A stretch of DNA of 64,000 bases from contig PRDH01000026.1 in assembly GCA_003345545.1 (NCBI GenBank), positions 64,001 to 128,000 on the forward strand, given 5' to 3'. This DNA is from Candidatus Thorarchaeota archaeon. Its GTDB lineage: Archaea; Asgardarchaeota; Thorarchaeia; Thorarchaeales; Thorarchaeaceae. The notes beneath the pieces were generated by a model. That model did no database searches and was not told the DNA's origin. It was given only the letters and a program-made list of their open reading frames with translations. Both the position numbers and the translations under genes were made by a program. Positions within the stretch are counted from its first letter, which is position 1; every line of letters starts with the position of its first letter. This document shows, one piece after another, positions 46,732-55,946 of the stretch.

Positions 46732-47082
46732 ATGGATTTCGTAGAAAAGAGAGTGCTGGTTCTCATCACTAGTAAACCGTTCGGGAAGATTATTGCAGCG
46801 GAGGGCTGGCGAGCAGCAGTGGGTATGTTCGGCATGGACCATCAGTCACAGTTGCTCTTCATTGGTGATGGTGTGTACGGCCTCGTCAAGGATCAGGATA
46901 TTCAACCAATTAGAATGTTCAAGTCGACATTCGAGAGCTTTGACGGACACATCTATGCAAGCAAGAAGTCACTAGACGAACGGGACATCAATGCAAGTGA
47001 GGTCTTTGATGAAGTCGAGGTACTTGACGACGAAGGGGTTGCGAGGACATTTATTGAGAATGAAGTCATCATAACGTTCTGA
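46732..47082 (+). CDS. dsrF: DsrF/TusC-like subunit
   Basis: SKPFG, EGWR, LFIGDGVY.L.KDQ, SLDER. Confidence 0.82.
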   Translation: MDFVEKRVLVLITSKPFGKIIAAEGWRAAVGMFGMDHQSQLLFIGDGVYGLVKDQDIQPIRMFKSTFESFDGHIYASKKSLDERDINASEVFDEVEVLDDEGVARTFIENEVIITF

Positions 47083-47095
47083 GGAGGAAGCAAAT

Positions 47096-47395
47096 GTGAA
47101 GTACATGATTCTGCTCTCGAATGAATGCATGAGTATCAAAGAGGTAGTCACGGGTCTGAAAAGCAGGAATATTGAGGTCGAACTGCTGCTCCTTCAGGAC
47201 GGAGTGTATCTTGTAGACAAGGGAAACCCTGAATCCAAGGAGCTTAAGGAGCTTGGATTGAAAGTCCATGCACTCAAACATCATGTGGTTGAACGAGGAA
47301 TTGCTAGTCGCTTGGCAGTCGATGTTGACCTTGTCGATTATCCTTCGGTCGTCGACCTTCTCATGGAGAAATCCGATAAGGTAATCTCCTTGTGA
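47096..47395 (+). CDS. dsrH: DsrH/TusB-like subunit
   Basis: LLLLQDGVY, ERG, VDYPSVVDL. Confidence 0.82.
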   Translation: MKYMILLSNECMSIKEVVTGLKSRNIEVELLLLQDGVYLVDKGNPESKELKELGLKVHALKHHVVERGIASRLAVDVDLVDYPSVVDLLMEKSDKVISL

Positions 47396-47436
47396 TGCGG
47401 GACTTGATGATCACATATTTGGTTCCTTGGCTGTTT

Positions 47437-47844
47437 CTAGGCTCTTTTCCCAAGGACAATGAGAACTTGACCCAATAGGTCGCCTGGAAGAACAGAAGCT
47501 TTGATTCGAGAACTGAACATTGACATATCGGCAGTCCTTTCCTCGGAATACTTTTTCATTTCAGTGCTACCGATACAGGCCAATTCACCCATGCCATTAG
47601 AGCCGTAGAATGACCGAAAGACTACGTGGTACGCTGGAACCTTGATAGGCTTGATAGAGACTATCTTCGTTTCACCACCTTGATACGCCACTTTTTCTGA
47701 TGCGATGACTGGCACCAATCTTGTTTTTGACCAGTCGAGTGCAACTCTGGCTTCCTCTAGTCCCTCAACTGAAGTTCTCATTCTATCCATTCCGAGACTT
47801 CCAAGGTCTTGCCCGCAGCTAATGATATAGATTTTTTCTGACAA
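47437..47844 (-). CDS. DUF22-like archaeal protein
   Basis: PVIASE, GETKIVSIKPIKVP, GDLLGQV. Confidence 0.7.
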   Translation of the reverse strand: MSEKIYIISCGQDLGSLGMDRMRTSVEGLEEARVALDWSKTRLVPVIASEKVAYQGGETKIVSIKPIKVPAYHVVFRSFYGSNGMGELACIGSTEMKKYSEERTADMSMFSSRIKASVLPGDLLGQVLIVLGKRA

Positions 47845-48250
47845 TTCGTGCCACCCTGTTTTCAGCCGGCAATGTTACTTGTCCTTGTTTCGCAACGAGA
47901 CCTCTGCCGCTTAAGTAGTTAACCAAACTGCCACATTGAATGATAGTTTGACCACTTTCGGATTGTATGATTAAGAAGATCATGAACATAATCAATTCAT
48001 GCACGTCAGAAAATTCAAGGCGACTTGTCCATTCGGGCACAAAGTGCCACGAGGAGCGCTATCCGAGCATTGTCAATATTTATTATGCTTTGATACGTGA
48101 AATATCTCAAGGCGATTTGGCCTTATCATGAAACTAACGATAACTCTATCCGAGCTAGACTGGATGAATGCAGTTGGTCACAATGAGCTTGACTCTGTGA
48201 GCGACTGTAGCTTGTTCTCAGCAATTTCCTCCGCACGTGTAGGTGGATTG

Positions 48251-48307
48251 CTTGCCTTTGCAGAGTCAGAAGGGACTACATCCTCAAAGACATCTGCAAC
48301 TGGCAAG
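48251..48307 (+). promoter_or_regulatory. Long leader hairpin upstream of the small ORF
   Basis: CTTGCC/GGCAAG, TTGCAGA/TCTGCAA, GTC/GAC, GGGA/TCCT with an A-rich internal loop. Confidence 0.5.
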
Positions 48308-48345
48308 GCGTTGATCGCTTTTGTTTCACGTCCGGAGGTGATTTA

Positions 48346-48492
48346 GTGGGCAGACATAATCACTCAAGTAGACACGAACACGAAAGGAAGAGAGGGCGAC
48401 GTCATGACTCGAACCATTCTAGAGATGACTCGAGTAGTAGTCGACTGAAGATCCTAGGCGACCAGCAAGGGCTTGGCTGGGCTGGGGCATAA
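48346..48492 (+). CDS. 48-aa His/Arg/Ser-rich small protein (absent from the ORF track)
   Basis: SD GGAGGTGA, then GTG; MGRHNHSSRHEHERKRGRRHDSNHSRDDSSSSRLKILGDQQGLGWAGA*. Confidence 0.65.
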   Translation: MGRHNHSSRHEHERKRGRRHDSNHSRDDSSSSRLKILGDQQGLGWAGA

Positions 48493-48588
48493 TATATAGT
48501 CCAATTGGGCTGATGGGAACCAGTCTTTTCCCGAACGCTCTGTATCTTGGGACTAGGAAAGAGACTGTGTTTCTTCTTATGAAAGGAC

Positions 48589-48640
48589 GCATGGGCTGCG
48601 GACCAAGCAGCCTGTGCCTCTCTTTTTCTCATCTCTTTTT
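48589..48640 (+). terminator. Hairpin plus pyrimidine tract terminator
   Basis: GCATGGGCTGC/GCAGCCTGTGC (11 bp), then CTCTCTTTTTCTCATCTCTTTTT. Confidence 0.65.
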
Positions 48641-48776
48641 ATAACCTTCACTGGGGCGTTTCGCTGATAATCAAGTTGCAAGGTTAATAACCGCTCATGA
48701 CAATCTCTACACATAAGTGTGCACGAACTACTCCACGTGAGAGGGTTGAGAGATTGCCGAACTGGGAGCTGGAAAC

Positions 48777-49442
48777 TTGATGCTTCAGTCGATTTGGGAC
48801 CAATTAGATGAGATATTTGGGCCGATTCTTCATCCGATATTTGATCCGGTTTTCGCAGCGTTGCAGGACGCTTCTCTGAGATCAATGCTTCTTTCAGCAA
48901 TCATTTGGTCATTCCTCGTTATTGGAGGGTTAGTCTTCTTAGTCTACGAGGGCCGTGTCTTTGTAGGTTTTGTCACCGGTTCTAAGATTGCGCCTCTTCC
49001 ACCTGCAGTATCTTCAAAGAGCACTAGCAAAACAAGGACGCAGTCAGAGTCAGCAAGACTCCGTAAGACGAGCGCTGAGAAATCTAAGCAGGAGGGGCAG
49101 GAGCGTGAGAGCAAGGTTCAGGCGAGCGGTGTGAGAGTCAGTGCAAAGATGAAGAAAAGCAGAGAGGCCGTCTTGCTGACTGTCACGGTGCATAATGGAA
49201 GTGACTCGAAGATTGACATGGTTGTGGTAGACATCGATCTTCCCGCCGGAGTAGACGCCGCTATTGGATCCTTCAGAATGCAGCGCCTTGGGTCTATTCT
49301 CGCAGGACAATCCGAATCCAAGGAATTTCTCCTAAACGTTCGAGGGGGCGACCTGAGTCAGATCGGGGGTTATGTGGAGTTTCTTGGGGCATCATATGAA
49401 GTGTCAAAAATCCCCCTTCCAGCAATTGAGGTGGGAACCTAA
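48777..49442 (+). CDS. Membrane protein with linker and C-terminal beta-sandwich domain
   Basis: N-terminal TM, Ser/Lys-rich linker, LTVTVHNGS..IDLPAG..LGSILAGQS. Confidence 0.7.
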   Translation: MMLQSIWDQLDEIFGPILHPIFDPVFAALQDASLRSMLLSAIIWSFLVIGGLVFLVYEGRVFVGFVTGSKIAPLPPAVSSKSTSKTRTQSESARLRKTSAEKSKQEGQERESKVQASGVRVSAKMKKSREAVLLTVTVHNGSDSKIDMVVVDIDLPAGVDAAIGSFRMQRLGSILAGQSESKEFLLNVRGGDLSQIGGYVEFLGASYEVSKIPLPAIEVGT

Positions 49443-49957
49443 TGAGTAGCCAGAATGAGGACCGTGTCCCTGAGAACAACTTCATTCCAGCCATACTTGG
49501 TTTCATCAACTTCGGAATTCTGCTCGCAATAGCAATGCCGCTCATGAGCTATAGCACAGGACTCTGGGACTTCACTTTTGTGGCTGCTGGAGTCTATTTT
49601 GAACTGAAGTTCATCCGGTGTCTCAGCAGAGCGCATGAGCAGCCTCTGACCCGAGTGAGTCCACGCAACCGTAACTCCATTCCGAAAGAGGGCATCTATG
49701 CAAGAATCAGGCATCCAGTCGCCGCGGGAGCCATCTATCTGAATATTGCCTTGTTGTTCTTCTTCAGGTCATTGTACTTGATTCCAATCGTACCCGTCTT
49801 TGGAGCCATGTGGTATCTCTATGCTAAATACGATGAAGACATCATGCTCGAACGATTCGGCGATGAGTACAGGGAGTACATGCGTGGTACGAGCATGTTT
49901 CGCGGGGCGGGTTTTGATCAGCAGCGCCTTGCGTCTTCAGGTTACGACATGTACTAG
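49442..49957 (+). CDS. ICMT/PEMT-family membrane methyltransferase
   Basis: EGIYARIRHP, DEDIMLERFGDEYREY. Confidence 0.85.
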   Translation: MSSQNEDRVPENNFIPAILGFINFGILLAIAMPLMSYSTGLWDFTFVAAGVYFELKFIRCLSRAHEQPLTRVSPRNRNSIPKEGIYARIRHPVAAGAIYLNIALLFFFRSLYLIPIVPVFGAMWYLYAKYDEDIMLERFGDEYREYMRGTSMFRGAGFDQQRLASSGYDMY

Positions 49958-50013
49958 TGAGCAGGACTAGGCCTATTCTGTTCGGTCTCAGCGCATGCTT
50001 CGATTGATACTCA

Positions 50014-51561
50014 CTAGAACCCGAATAATTCCGAGTACTTACTTTCTAGGTATTTTAGATACGGTGCCGCTGTCATCTCCTTCCCGGACACATGCCTAAT
50101 GAGCTCTGCTGGGTCGTACAGTGATGCATAGTGGTGCACATTCTTGGCTAGCCACTCGATTGCTGGTCTTAGATTTCCGTGCCCTATTTCAGAAAGCCAT
50201 TTGGGTTCCTCTTTGCCTATCCTCTCAAGCAACATACCGTCGTAGACGTTCCCTAGCGCGTAACTCGGGAAGTACCCGTAATATCCATTTGCCCAGTGAA
50301 TGTCCTGCAAGACTCCTCTTGTGTCATCAGGGACATTCACGCCCAGATACTCATCATAGCGTTCATTCCAGATCTGAGGTAGTTCTGAAACCGTAATCCT
50401 GTCTGAGAATAAGTCCCTCTCTATTTCGAAACGAATGATAATGTGAAGCGAGTATGTCACTTCGTCAGCTTCGATACGTATCAGTGAGGGTCTTACTGTG
50501 TTTACCGCCTTGGCAAAGTCGTTCAGAGATACACCAGAGTAGATACCGCCTGCAAGCTCATTGAGTTTCGGATAGTAGAACTGAATGAACTCATGGGATC
50601 GCCCAATCATATTCTCTATGAACCTGGACTGTGACTCGTGGATACCGTAAGAGGCAGCCTCACCAATCATCTGATACATCCATTCCTTGTTCAGATTCTG
50701 CTCATAGAGCGCGTGTCCGCCCTCATGCAAGATTGCGTAGATCATCGATGCGACGTTATCCTCATGGTACTTGACAGTGATTCTAACATCGTCATAGTAT
50801 CCTATCGTAAAAGGATGCTCTACCTCATCTATTCGACCGCCTGCACTCTCAGAGACTGTGTCATAGCCAATCACCTTGGTGAGGTCTGTTGCTATCTTGC
50901 GTTGAGTTTCCGTTGGCACAACTTTGTTCAGGAATGAAGCGTCAACATCGCGAGATGCATCAGCGCACTTCTTCACCAGAGGGACAAGTCGCTTTCGAAG
51001 GGTCGCAAAGAGCTGATATGTCCTTGCGGATGTGATGCCTCTCTCGTACTCGTCAAGCATTGAGTCGTAGAGTATGGGTATTCCACGAACCTCGCCAATG
51101 ATTTCGGAACGCTTTCTACTCAGGTCCACCATTTTCTGAAGTTCTGGCAGGAACATTCTCCAGTTATTCGATGCCTTTGCTTTCTTCCAGACCTCAACGC
51201 TAATGGCTCGTTGCTTTGCCAGCTGACCAACTAAACCTTCGGGTATCTTTGTAAGAGCATCGTAGTTTCTACGAAAGAGGTACACGTTTCGATTCTGCTC
51301 TTCGCTGAGAGAACTTGCATTGTCCTCGGCCATGTCGAGAAACTTGCCTATTTTGGAATCAGTGGTCATTCTATGAATGACCTGACGGACCAGCCCAAGT
51401 TGTTCGCTGCGAAGCATGAGACCTCTCGGCGGCATGTATGTTTCAAGGTCCCATGATATCACTGAATAGACAGTGTCAAGCAGCTTCAATTCCTTACAGA
51501 TTCCGGAGAGTTTCTCATAGGCTTCCATTTTGAACACCCTCGTATAGTACAGATTTTTCAT
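50014..51561 (-). CDS. Carboxypeptidase Taq (peptidase M32)
   Basis: WDLETYMP, HPF, DVRIT, HEGGHALYEQ, HESQ, IRIEADEVTY, QDIHW, GYFPSY. Confidence 0.95.
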   Translation of the reverse strand: MKNLYYTRVFKMEAYEKLSGICKELKLLDTVYSVISWDLETYMPPRGLMLRSEQLGLVRQVIHRMTTDSKIGKFLDMAEDNASSLSEEQNRNVYLFRRNYDALTKIPEGLVGQLAKQRAISVEVWKKAKASNNWRMFLPELQKMVDLSRKRSEIIGEVRGIPILYDSMLDEYERGITSARTYQLFATLRKRLVPLVKKCADASRDVDASFLNKVVPTETQRKIATDLTKVIGYDTVSESAGGRIDEVEHPFTIGYYDDVRITVKYHEDNVASMIYAILHEGGHALYEQNLNKEWMYQMIGEAASYGIHESQSRFIENMIGRSHEFIQFYYPKLNELAGGIYSGVSLNDFAKAVNTVRPSLIRIEADEVTYSLHIIIRFEIERDLFSDRITVSELPQIWNERYDEYLGVNVPDDTRGVLQDIHWANGYYGYFPSYALGNVYDGMLLERIGKEEPKWLSEIGHGNLRPAIEWLAKNVHHYASLYDPAELIRHVSGKEMTAAPYLKYLESKYSELFGF

Positions 51562-51572
51562 ATCTACAGCAG

Positions 51573-52514
51573 TTATGTTTCTTCCGCATTCTGCGGCGCT
51601 GTTAATGCGTGCTGCTTCACAGGGTAGTTTATGAGTACGATGCCAATCACAATCAAGATTAGACCTGCACCGAATGTCCAGTATATAGCGTCCTCGGGCA
51701 TGATGAAAGCAGAAAGCGTGACGCCAAATACAGGCACGAGGTTGATGAAGCCTCCAGCTCTGGTCACTCCTAGCTCTTTGATACTCATGAAATAGAAGAG
51801 GAAACCAACCACGGTAACGAAGACGCCCAAGTAAACAATATTCGCCCAGAAGATTGGCTCGAGTCTTGCTGGATGGACCCAGAACTGCTCATTGAATGCC
51901 CCTAGACCGAACAAAAGAGACCCAATAATAGCGCCCCCAGTGTTCACTTCAAGTGGAGTTAAGGTCTTCATTGCCTCTTTACCAATCGATGAATAGAAAC
52001 CCCAAGTGAAAATGGCACCAAGGATGAACAGGTTACCTATGAGATGCTGCATGTTGAACTCTATGAAGGCTTGGACACCTACAACGAACACTACTCCTAT
52101 GAACGCCAGAACAAACCCTGAGTATTGCCACTTTCTGGCCAGTCGCTCATGATGGACTACATGCGCGACCATGCTGACTGCTGCAGGGTTGATGCCTGCA
52201 ATGATCGAGCCCTGTGCCGCCGTCGTGAAATTCATCCCAGTCAGGAAGAAAACACCATAACCGAAGATGCCCGTAAGTCCAACAAGGAAGAGGACTCTGA
52301 GATTCTCTCTTCGGAAGATGCGTATAGGTTTAGGCCCTGCGATAAGCAGTACGACCACGAAAAAGAGACTTGCGGTGAAGAATCTCAGAAAACCCACTGT
52401 CATGGTCATCCCAGGAGCTATATTGACTATGATTTTCGCTGAGACCCAGCTACCTCCCCAGAAAGCCATGGTGATGGCAAGCATTGTATAGTATCTGTAG
52501 GGGCTGGCTGACAT
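51573..52514 (-). CDS. DMT/EamA family transporter
   Basis: About 10 TM; FWGGSW, NLVPVFG; probable start ATG 52514. Confidence 0.9.
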   Translation of the reverse strand: MSASPYRYYTMLAITMAFWGGSWVSAKIIVNIAPGMTMTVGFLRFFTASLFFVVVLLIAGPKPIRIFRRENLRVLFLVGLTGIFGYGVFFLTGMNFTTAAQGSIIAGINPAAVSMVAHVVHHERLARKWQYSGFVLAFIGVVFVVGVQAFIEFNMQHLIGNLFILGAIFTWGFYSSIGKEAMKTLTPLEVNTGGAIIGSLLFGLGAFNEQFWVHPARLEPIFWANIVYLGVFVTVVGFLFYFMSIKELGVTRAGGFINLVPVFGVTLSAFIMPEDAIYWTFGAGLILIVIGIVLINYPVKQHALTAPQNAEET

Positions 52515-52680
52515 TCGTGTTCTCCGCCTTTGCCTTCCACGTCCCTTTTGTCGGGGATATAAAGAGCTTCGAAGAGGTAACAGCCAGGCGACCAATATGC
52601 TGCCCCTCGTACGAGGTCGACCTTTCCAAAAACTCATATACGGTCGTGCAACAATCGTACACATCCGCTGGGGTGACGTC

Positions 52681-53127
52681 ATGCTTAGTGATGATGAGCT
52701 AGAAGAGATTCGACGCAGAAAAATGCAGCTTATGATTGAGCGTGCGCAGAAACCGAAAGTAGATGAGCCAATGGCCAACGGGCTCGTGAATCAACTGTAT
52801 GACCACAATTTCTGGCAGACAATCTCCCAGACCAAGACGACCTTCGTTGAGTTTTTCGGAGAATGGTGCAGCCCGTGCAAGGTTCTAGCTCCCATTTTCG
52901 CTGAGCTAGCAAAAGACTACAAAGGTAAGGTCTATTTTGCCAGAGTCGATATTGACAGGAATCGCATGACAGTCACCCAATTTGGCGTGCAGTCAGTTCC
53001 AATGGTGATTGTCTTCAAGAATCAGAAGGTCGTTGGAGCGCTTCCGGGTCTACGAAGCTATGTTGAATATGAGATGGCGATTAACCAAGTACTGGGCACG
53101 GGACGGGACGAGAGTAGTTATGTGTAA
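52681..53127 (+). CDS. trxA: Thioredoxin with N-terminal helical extension
   Basis: DDELEEIRRRK, EWCSPCK, GVQSVP. Confidence 0.9.
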   Translation: MLSDDELEEIRRRKMQLMIERAQKPKVDEPMANGLVNQLYDHNFWQTISQTKTTFVEFFGEWCSPCKVLAPIFAELAKDYKGKVYFARVDIDRNRMTVTQFGVQSVPMVIVFKNQKVVGALPGLRSYVEYEMAINQVLGTGRDESSYV

Positions 53128-53459
53128 TAGAGGATATTGAGATAGTGACCCAGAACAGGGTCACATATTGAACCTCAAGCTCTTGTACCGCGAGAGCCAG
53201 CTGCAAGCACTGAATGAGAGAAAGCTAAGTGGATTGTGATCTTCAATGCGAGATGATTCATGTGTCTCGTTCTGGGCCGGGGTTAGTGACCTAACCACGC
53301 AAGAAATGAAACACAATGATTGAATAAAAGGAGTCGCTTCGTAGCAACAAAGGCGGGCCAATTGAATCGCAACAACTACCATAGATGTTTCCTGAACATG
53401 CTTATTACTTGGAAAGTACAATGCACTCTCAATCTCTTCTTGTGGAGGTATCTGCAACC

Positions 53460-53645
53460 ATGGGAGTCTTACGGAAATTAGGCATAGCGCTAGCAGCCTA
53501 TGTCGTACTCGGAACTATCTTCTCTTTACTTCTGCTGATAGGTCTGTACAGTGTCAGTACTCACTTCATCATCTACATACTCTACCTGTTCTTTCAACCA
53601 GTATTTTTCGTCATCAATGTGGTTTATTACACATTGATCTTCTGA
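53460..53645 (+). CDS. Small 2-TM membrane protein (61 aa)
   Basis: GGAGGT before ATG 53460; almost entirely hydrophobic. Confidence 0.6.
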   Translation: MGVLRKLGIALAAYVVLGTIFSLLLLIGLYSVSTHFIIYILYLFFQPVFFVINVVYYTLIF

Positions 53646-53816
53646 TTCAGCTAATCGTTCAGATCGGGGAAACTGGGAGGTTCAGATGGGTCCGGGCTGC
53701 ACCCCATTGCGAAGCGAACTCTTGCGGTTACGATAGAAAAGCAACTGGGACTACGGTCACAGGAATGGCGCAAATACGCAATAGAAGCGGTTGGTCTCTT
53801 TCCAGAATTGATGAAT

Positions 53817-54692
53817 CTATTCTCTTAAGCAGTCCAGTGTCGTCATGCTTCGCAACTTGCCCTGTATGAAGGCAACAGGCATTGCTTTTGCATTGGTGGC
53901 ATACCCGATATTCCCTCCAGCATCAGCTACGATGACGCCAGCCTCGCTTCCTGTTTTCTTCTGAAACATCTCGATTCCTTTTCGCGCTGCACTCATTGGA
54001 TCTGTACCCTCTTCGACATATAGTGTCACCATCCTGCATAGCACGACCCGCATGATGTGTTCTCCATAACCGGTTGCTGTCGCGCCGCAAAGGCTGTTCG
54101 CGTATGCACCCGAACCCATTACGGGTGAGTCACCTATTCTTCCGGGTCTCTTCTTGCTTATGCCTCCAGTCGATGATGTCACTGCGATTCTTCCTTTAGA
54201 ATCAACAACGATGCAGCCGATTGTATCAGCGCCCTCTGCAGCGCCTAGGGGCCCTATTGCCCCTCCTTCCTCCTCTCTTCTATAGCCCTGCGCAATCATC
54301 TCGTCATAGACTCTCTTAGCATTGGGTCCGGCAAAGAATTTGTGCTCCGTCTTCTCCATGATGTACCGTGCAAGCGATATTGGATTTTGGATGCCGGTTA
54401 TGGCGGCGACCGATCCGAAATCAAGTCTACTGCCATCGATTATCATCGCATCAAGTTCAATGATGCCGTCTTGATTCGGTCTTGCTCCTTTCCCGGCATT
54501 GAGCTCTCCACAGTTCTCCATGAACAATGTACATGCTTCTGCGGCATCCAATACAGAGCTACTCTTCTTAAGAACCCGAAAACCGACGCGGGCTGCTTCT
54601 GCAACATATTTGACTCCGATGGGAATTCTCTCGTCTTTCCAGTCTCCTGCGCCTCCATGAGCGACGATTAACGGTAGCAATGCTCGTAACAC
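53817..54692 (-). CDS. Isoaspartyl peptidase/L-asparaginase, second paralog
   Basis: AHGGAG, ELDAMIIDG, D-TIGC, STGG, GRIGDSP, TGYGE. Confidence 0.92.
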   Translation of the reverse strand: MLRALLPLIVAHGGAGDWKDERIPIGVKYVAEAARVGFRVLKKSSSVLDAAEACTLFMENCGELNAGKGARPNQDGIIELDAMIIDGSRLDFGSVAAITGIQNPISLARYIMEKTEHKFFAGPNAKRVYDEMIAQGYRREEEGGAIGPLGAAEGADTIGCIVVDSKGRIAVTSSTGGISKKRPGRIGDSPVMGSGAYANSLCGATATGYGEHIMRVVLCRMVTLYVEEGTDPMSAARKGIEMFQKKTGSEAGVIVADAGGNIGYATNAKAMPVAFIQGKLRSMTTLDCLRE

Positions 54693-54897
54693 CTGAATAT
54701 ACCTTGCTTTGACTCAGAGATAATAATATCCCTTGGACAGCATCCAAAAAGAAAAGACATCCGGCCTTGGGATTGGAGTCGGAGAACCAACGCTCATTTT
54801 AGAGTTGTTGGCGTGTATCATGCTCTGTGTCAGAGGAAACCGCTTATCAATCGCGTCTTAAATGATGCCTTTGACATTCCTACATCTTCGGTTGAGA

Positions 54898-55389
54898 TCA
54901 AAATGCTATTCCTGGACCAGCATCGGGGTGACCCGGGCTCAGTGCGTTCAGGAATGAGTTGTATTCATGTTCACATTGAGGTAGTAAATTCCCCGAAGCA
55001 GTGACTGCTATATGAACTGGATACTCACCACTTGCTGTGAGGGCATACTCAACTTTGTTTGGCTTCAGGAAGAAATAGCCATAGCTTATTGGCATACACG
55101 TAAAGGCTCCTACTAGGATTACGATTACGGCGAATAAGACACCTGCTGGACCCATGTAGGCCGCAAACGTAATAGCCGCGACTATACCAAGGAGCATTGT
55201 AGCACAAAGCCCAACGCATCCGTAGACACAGTATTTGGTATCCTGCTTCGACTTAATGACCTTCACATGCCTGTCATCTATCTTTTCCAAGTAGTAGTCT
55301 AAGGCTTCGGCTGTTGTGAGCCAGGTATTGACCCTCCGCTTGACCTCTTCGAGGCCTGCATTCGCTATATCAAATCGCGTCGTAGACAT
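54898..55389 (-). CDS. 2-TM hypothetical membrane protein
   Basis: Central hydrophobic hairpin, Cys-rich near the TM. Confidence 0.7.
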   Translation of the reverse strand: MSTTRFDIANAGLEEVKRRVNTWLTTAEALDYYLEKIDDRHVKVIKSKQDTKYCVYGCVGLCATMLLGIVAAITFAAYMGPAGVLFAVIVILVGAFTCMPISYGYFFLKPNKVEYALTASGEYPVHIAVTASGNLLPQCEHEYNSFLNALSPGHPDAGPGIAF

Positions 55390-55456
55390 TAGAAGTCCCC
55401 TCAGACAACGACGAATGTAGCAGGACTCTTCATCGTATTAGCACTTTCGGTTCATC

Positions 55457-55490
55457 AAGAAAAAGAAAGAGAGGAGGGGCAAGGCCCCTC
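55457..55490 (-). terminator. Hairpin plus U-rich terminator of 55512..55946
   Basis: GAGGGGC/GCCCCTC stem followed on the - strand by CTCTCTTTCTTTTTCTT. Confidence 0.7.
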
Positions 55491-55511
55491 TAGCAAACTG
55501 TTTACTGGACT

Positions 55512-55946
55512 CTACCAGCCGCCTACGCCCTCGAAGGCCGCCTTGACTCCGCCGGAGTTGAGGTAGAAGATGATAATGAGGTCGATTACTATCGCTGGCA
55601 AAGCGGCTATTAGCAAGACCATGATGACGAGTGGGCCAAGCAATACACCAAGCAGCCCACCAAGGTAAAATATCATGGCGAGGACCATGATGAGACTAAT
55701 GATGTACCATATTAGCGAAACCTTTCGAGCCCATGGGATGAGCTTCCACATCGCCACAGCCAGAATCAAACCCAGAATACCTGCAATGGCACTCCATGCC
55801 ATGTCAAAATAAGTGTACGAAGTGACTATACCATACAGGTTGAATATTCCACCTAAGAACATGAGAATAGCCAAGATGGTAATTCCTAGAGGCCTAGACC
55901 TCGAGGACGCAGAAGATCCAGAAGTAGGTGTCGGTATTTCAGCCAT
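55512..55946 (-). CDS. 4-TM membrane protein
   Basis: RPLGITILAIL, WKLIPWAR, IIFYL...VKAAF; GGAGGG SD. Confidence 0.8.
   Translation of the reverse strand: MAEIPTPTSGSSASSRSRPLGITILAILMFLGGIFNLYGIVTSYTYFDMAWSAIAGILGLILAVAMWKLIPWARKVSLIWYIISLIMVLAMIFYLGGLLGVLLGPLVIMVLLIAALPAIVIDLIIIFYLNSGGVKAAFEGVGGW

Noticed and set aside
48128-48346. 72-aa ORF as an independent gene
   Set aside because: No SD or motif, and it overlaps the leader hairpin; at most an upstream ORF
48383-48650. Minus-strand ncRNA (SRP or RNase P) driven by TTATAAAA near 48640
   Set aside because: No SRP helix 8 or RNase P P4 motifs; SD, ORF and G-U pairs support a + strand mRNA with terminator
45632-49957. Eukaryote-like CaaX prenylation pathway implied by two ICMT-family genes
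   Set aside because: The family is widespread in prokaryotes; I saw no protein prenyltransferase or CaaX-ending substrate in the window
36622-53127. Selenoproteins among the redoxins, TrxB and DsrE, and SECIS elements at 44392-44438 or 48251-48307
   Set aside because: Active-site codons are Cys or Ser with no in-frame TGA; hairpin spacing does not fit the AUGA-AA-GA SECIS geometry
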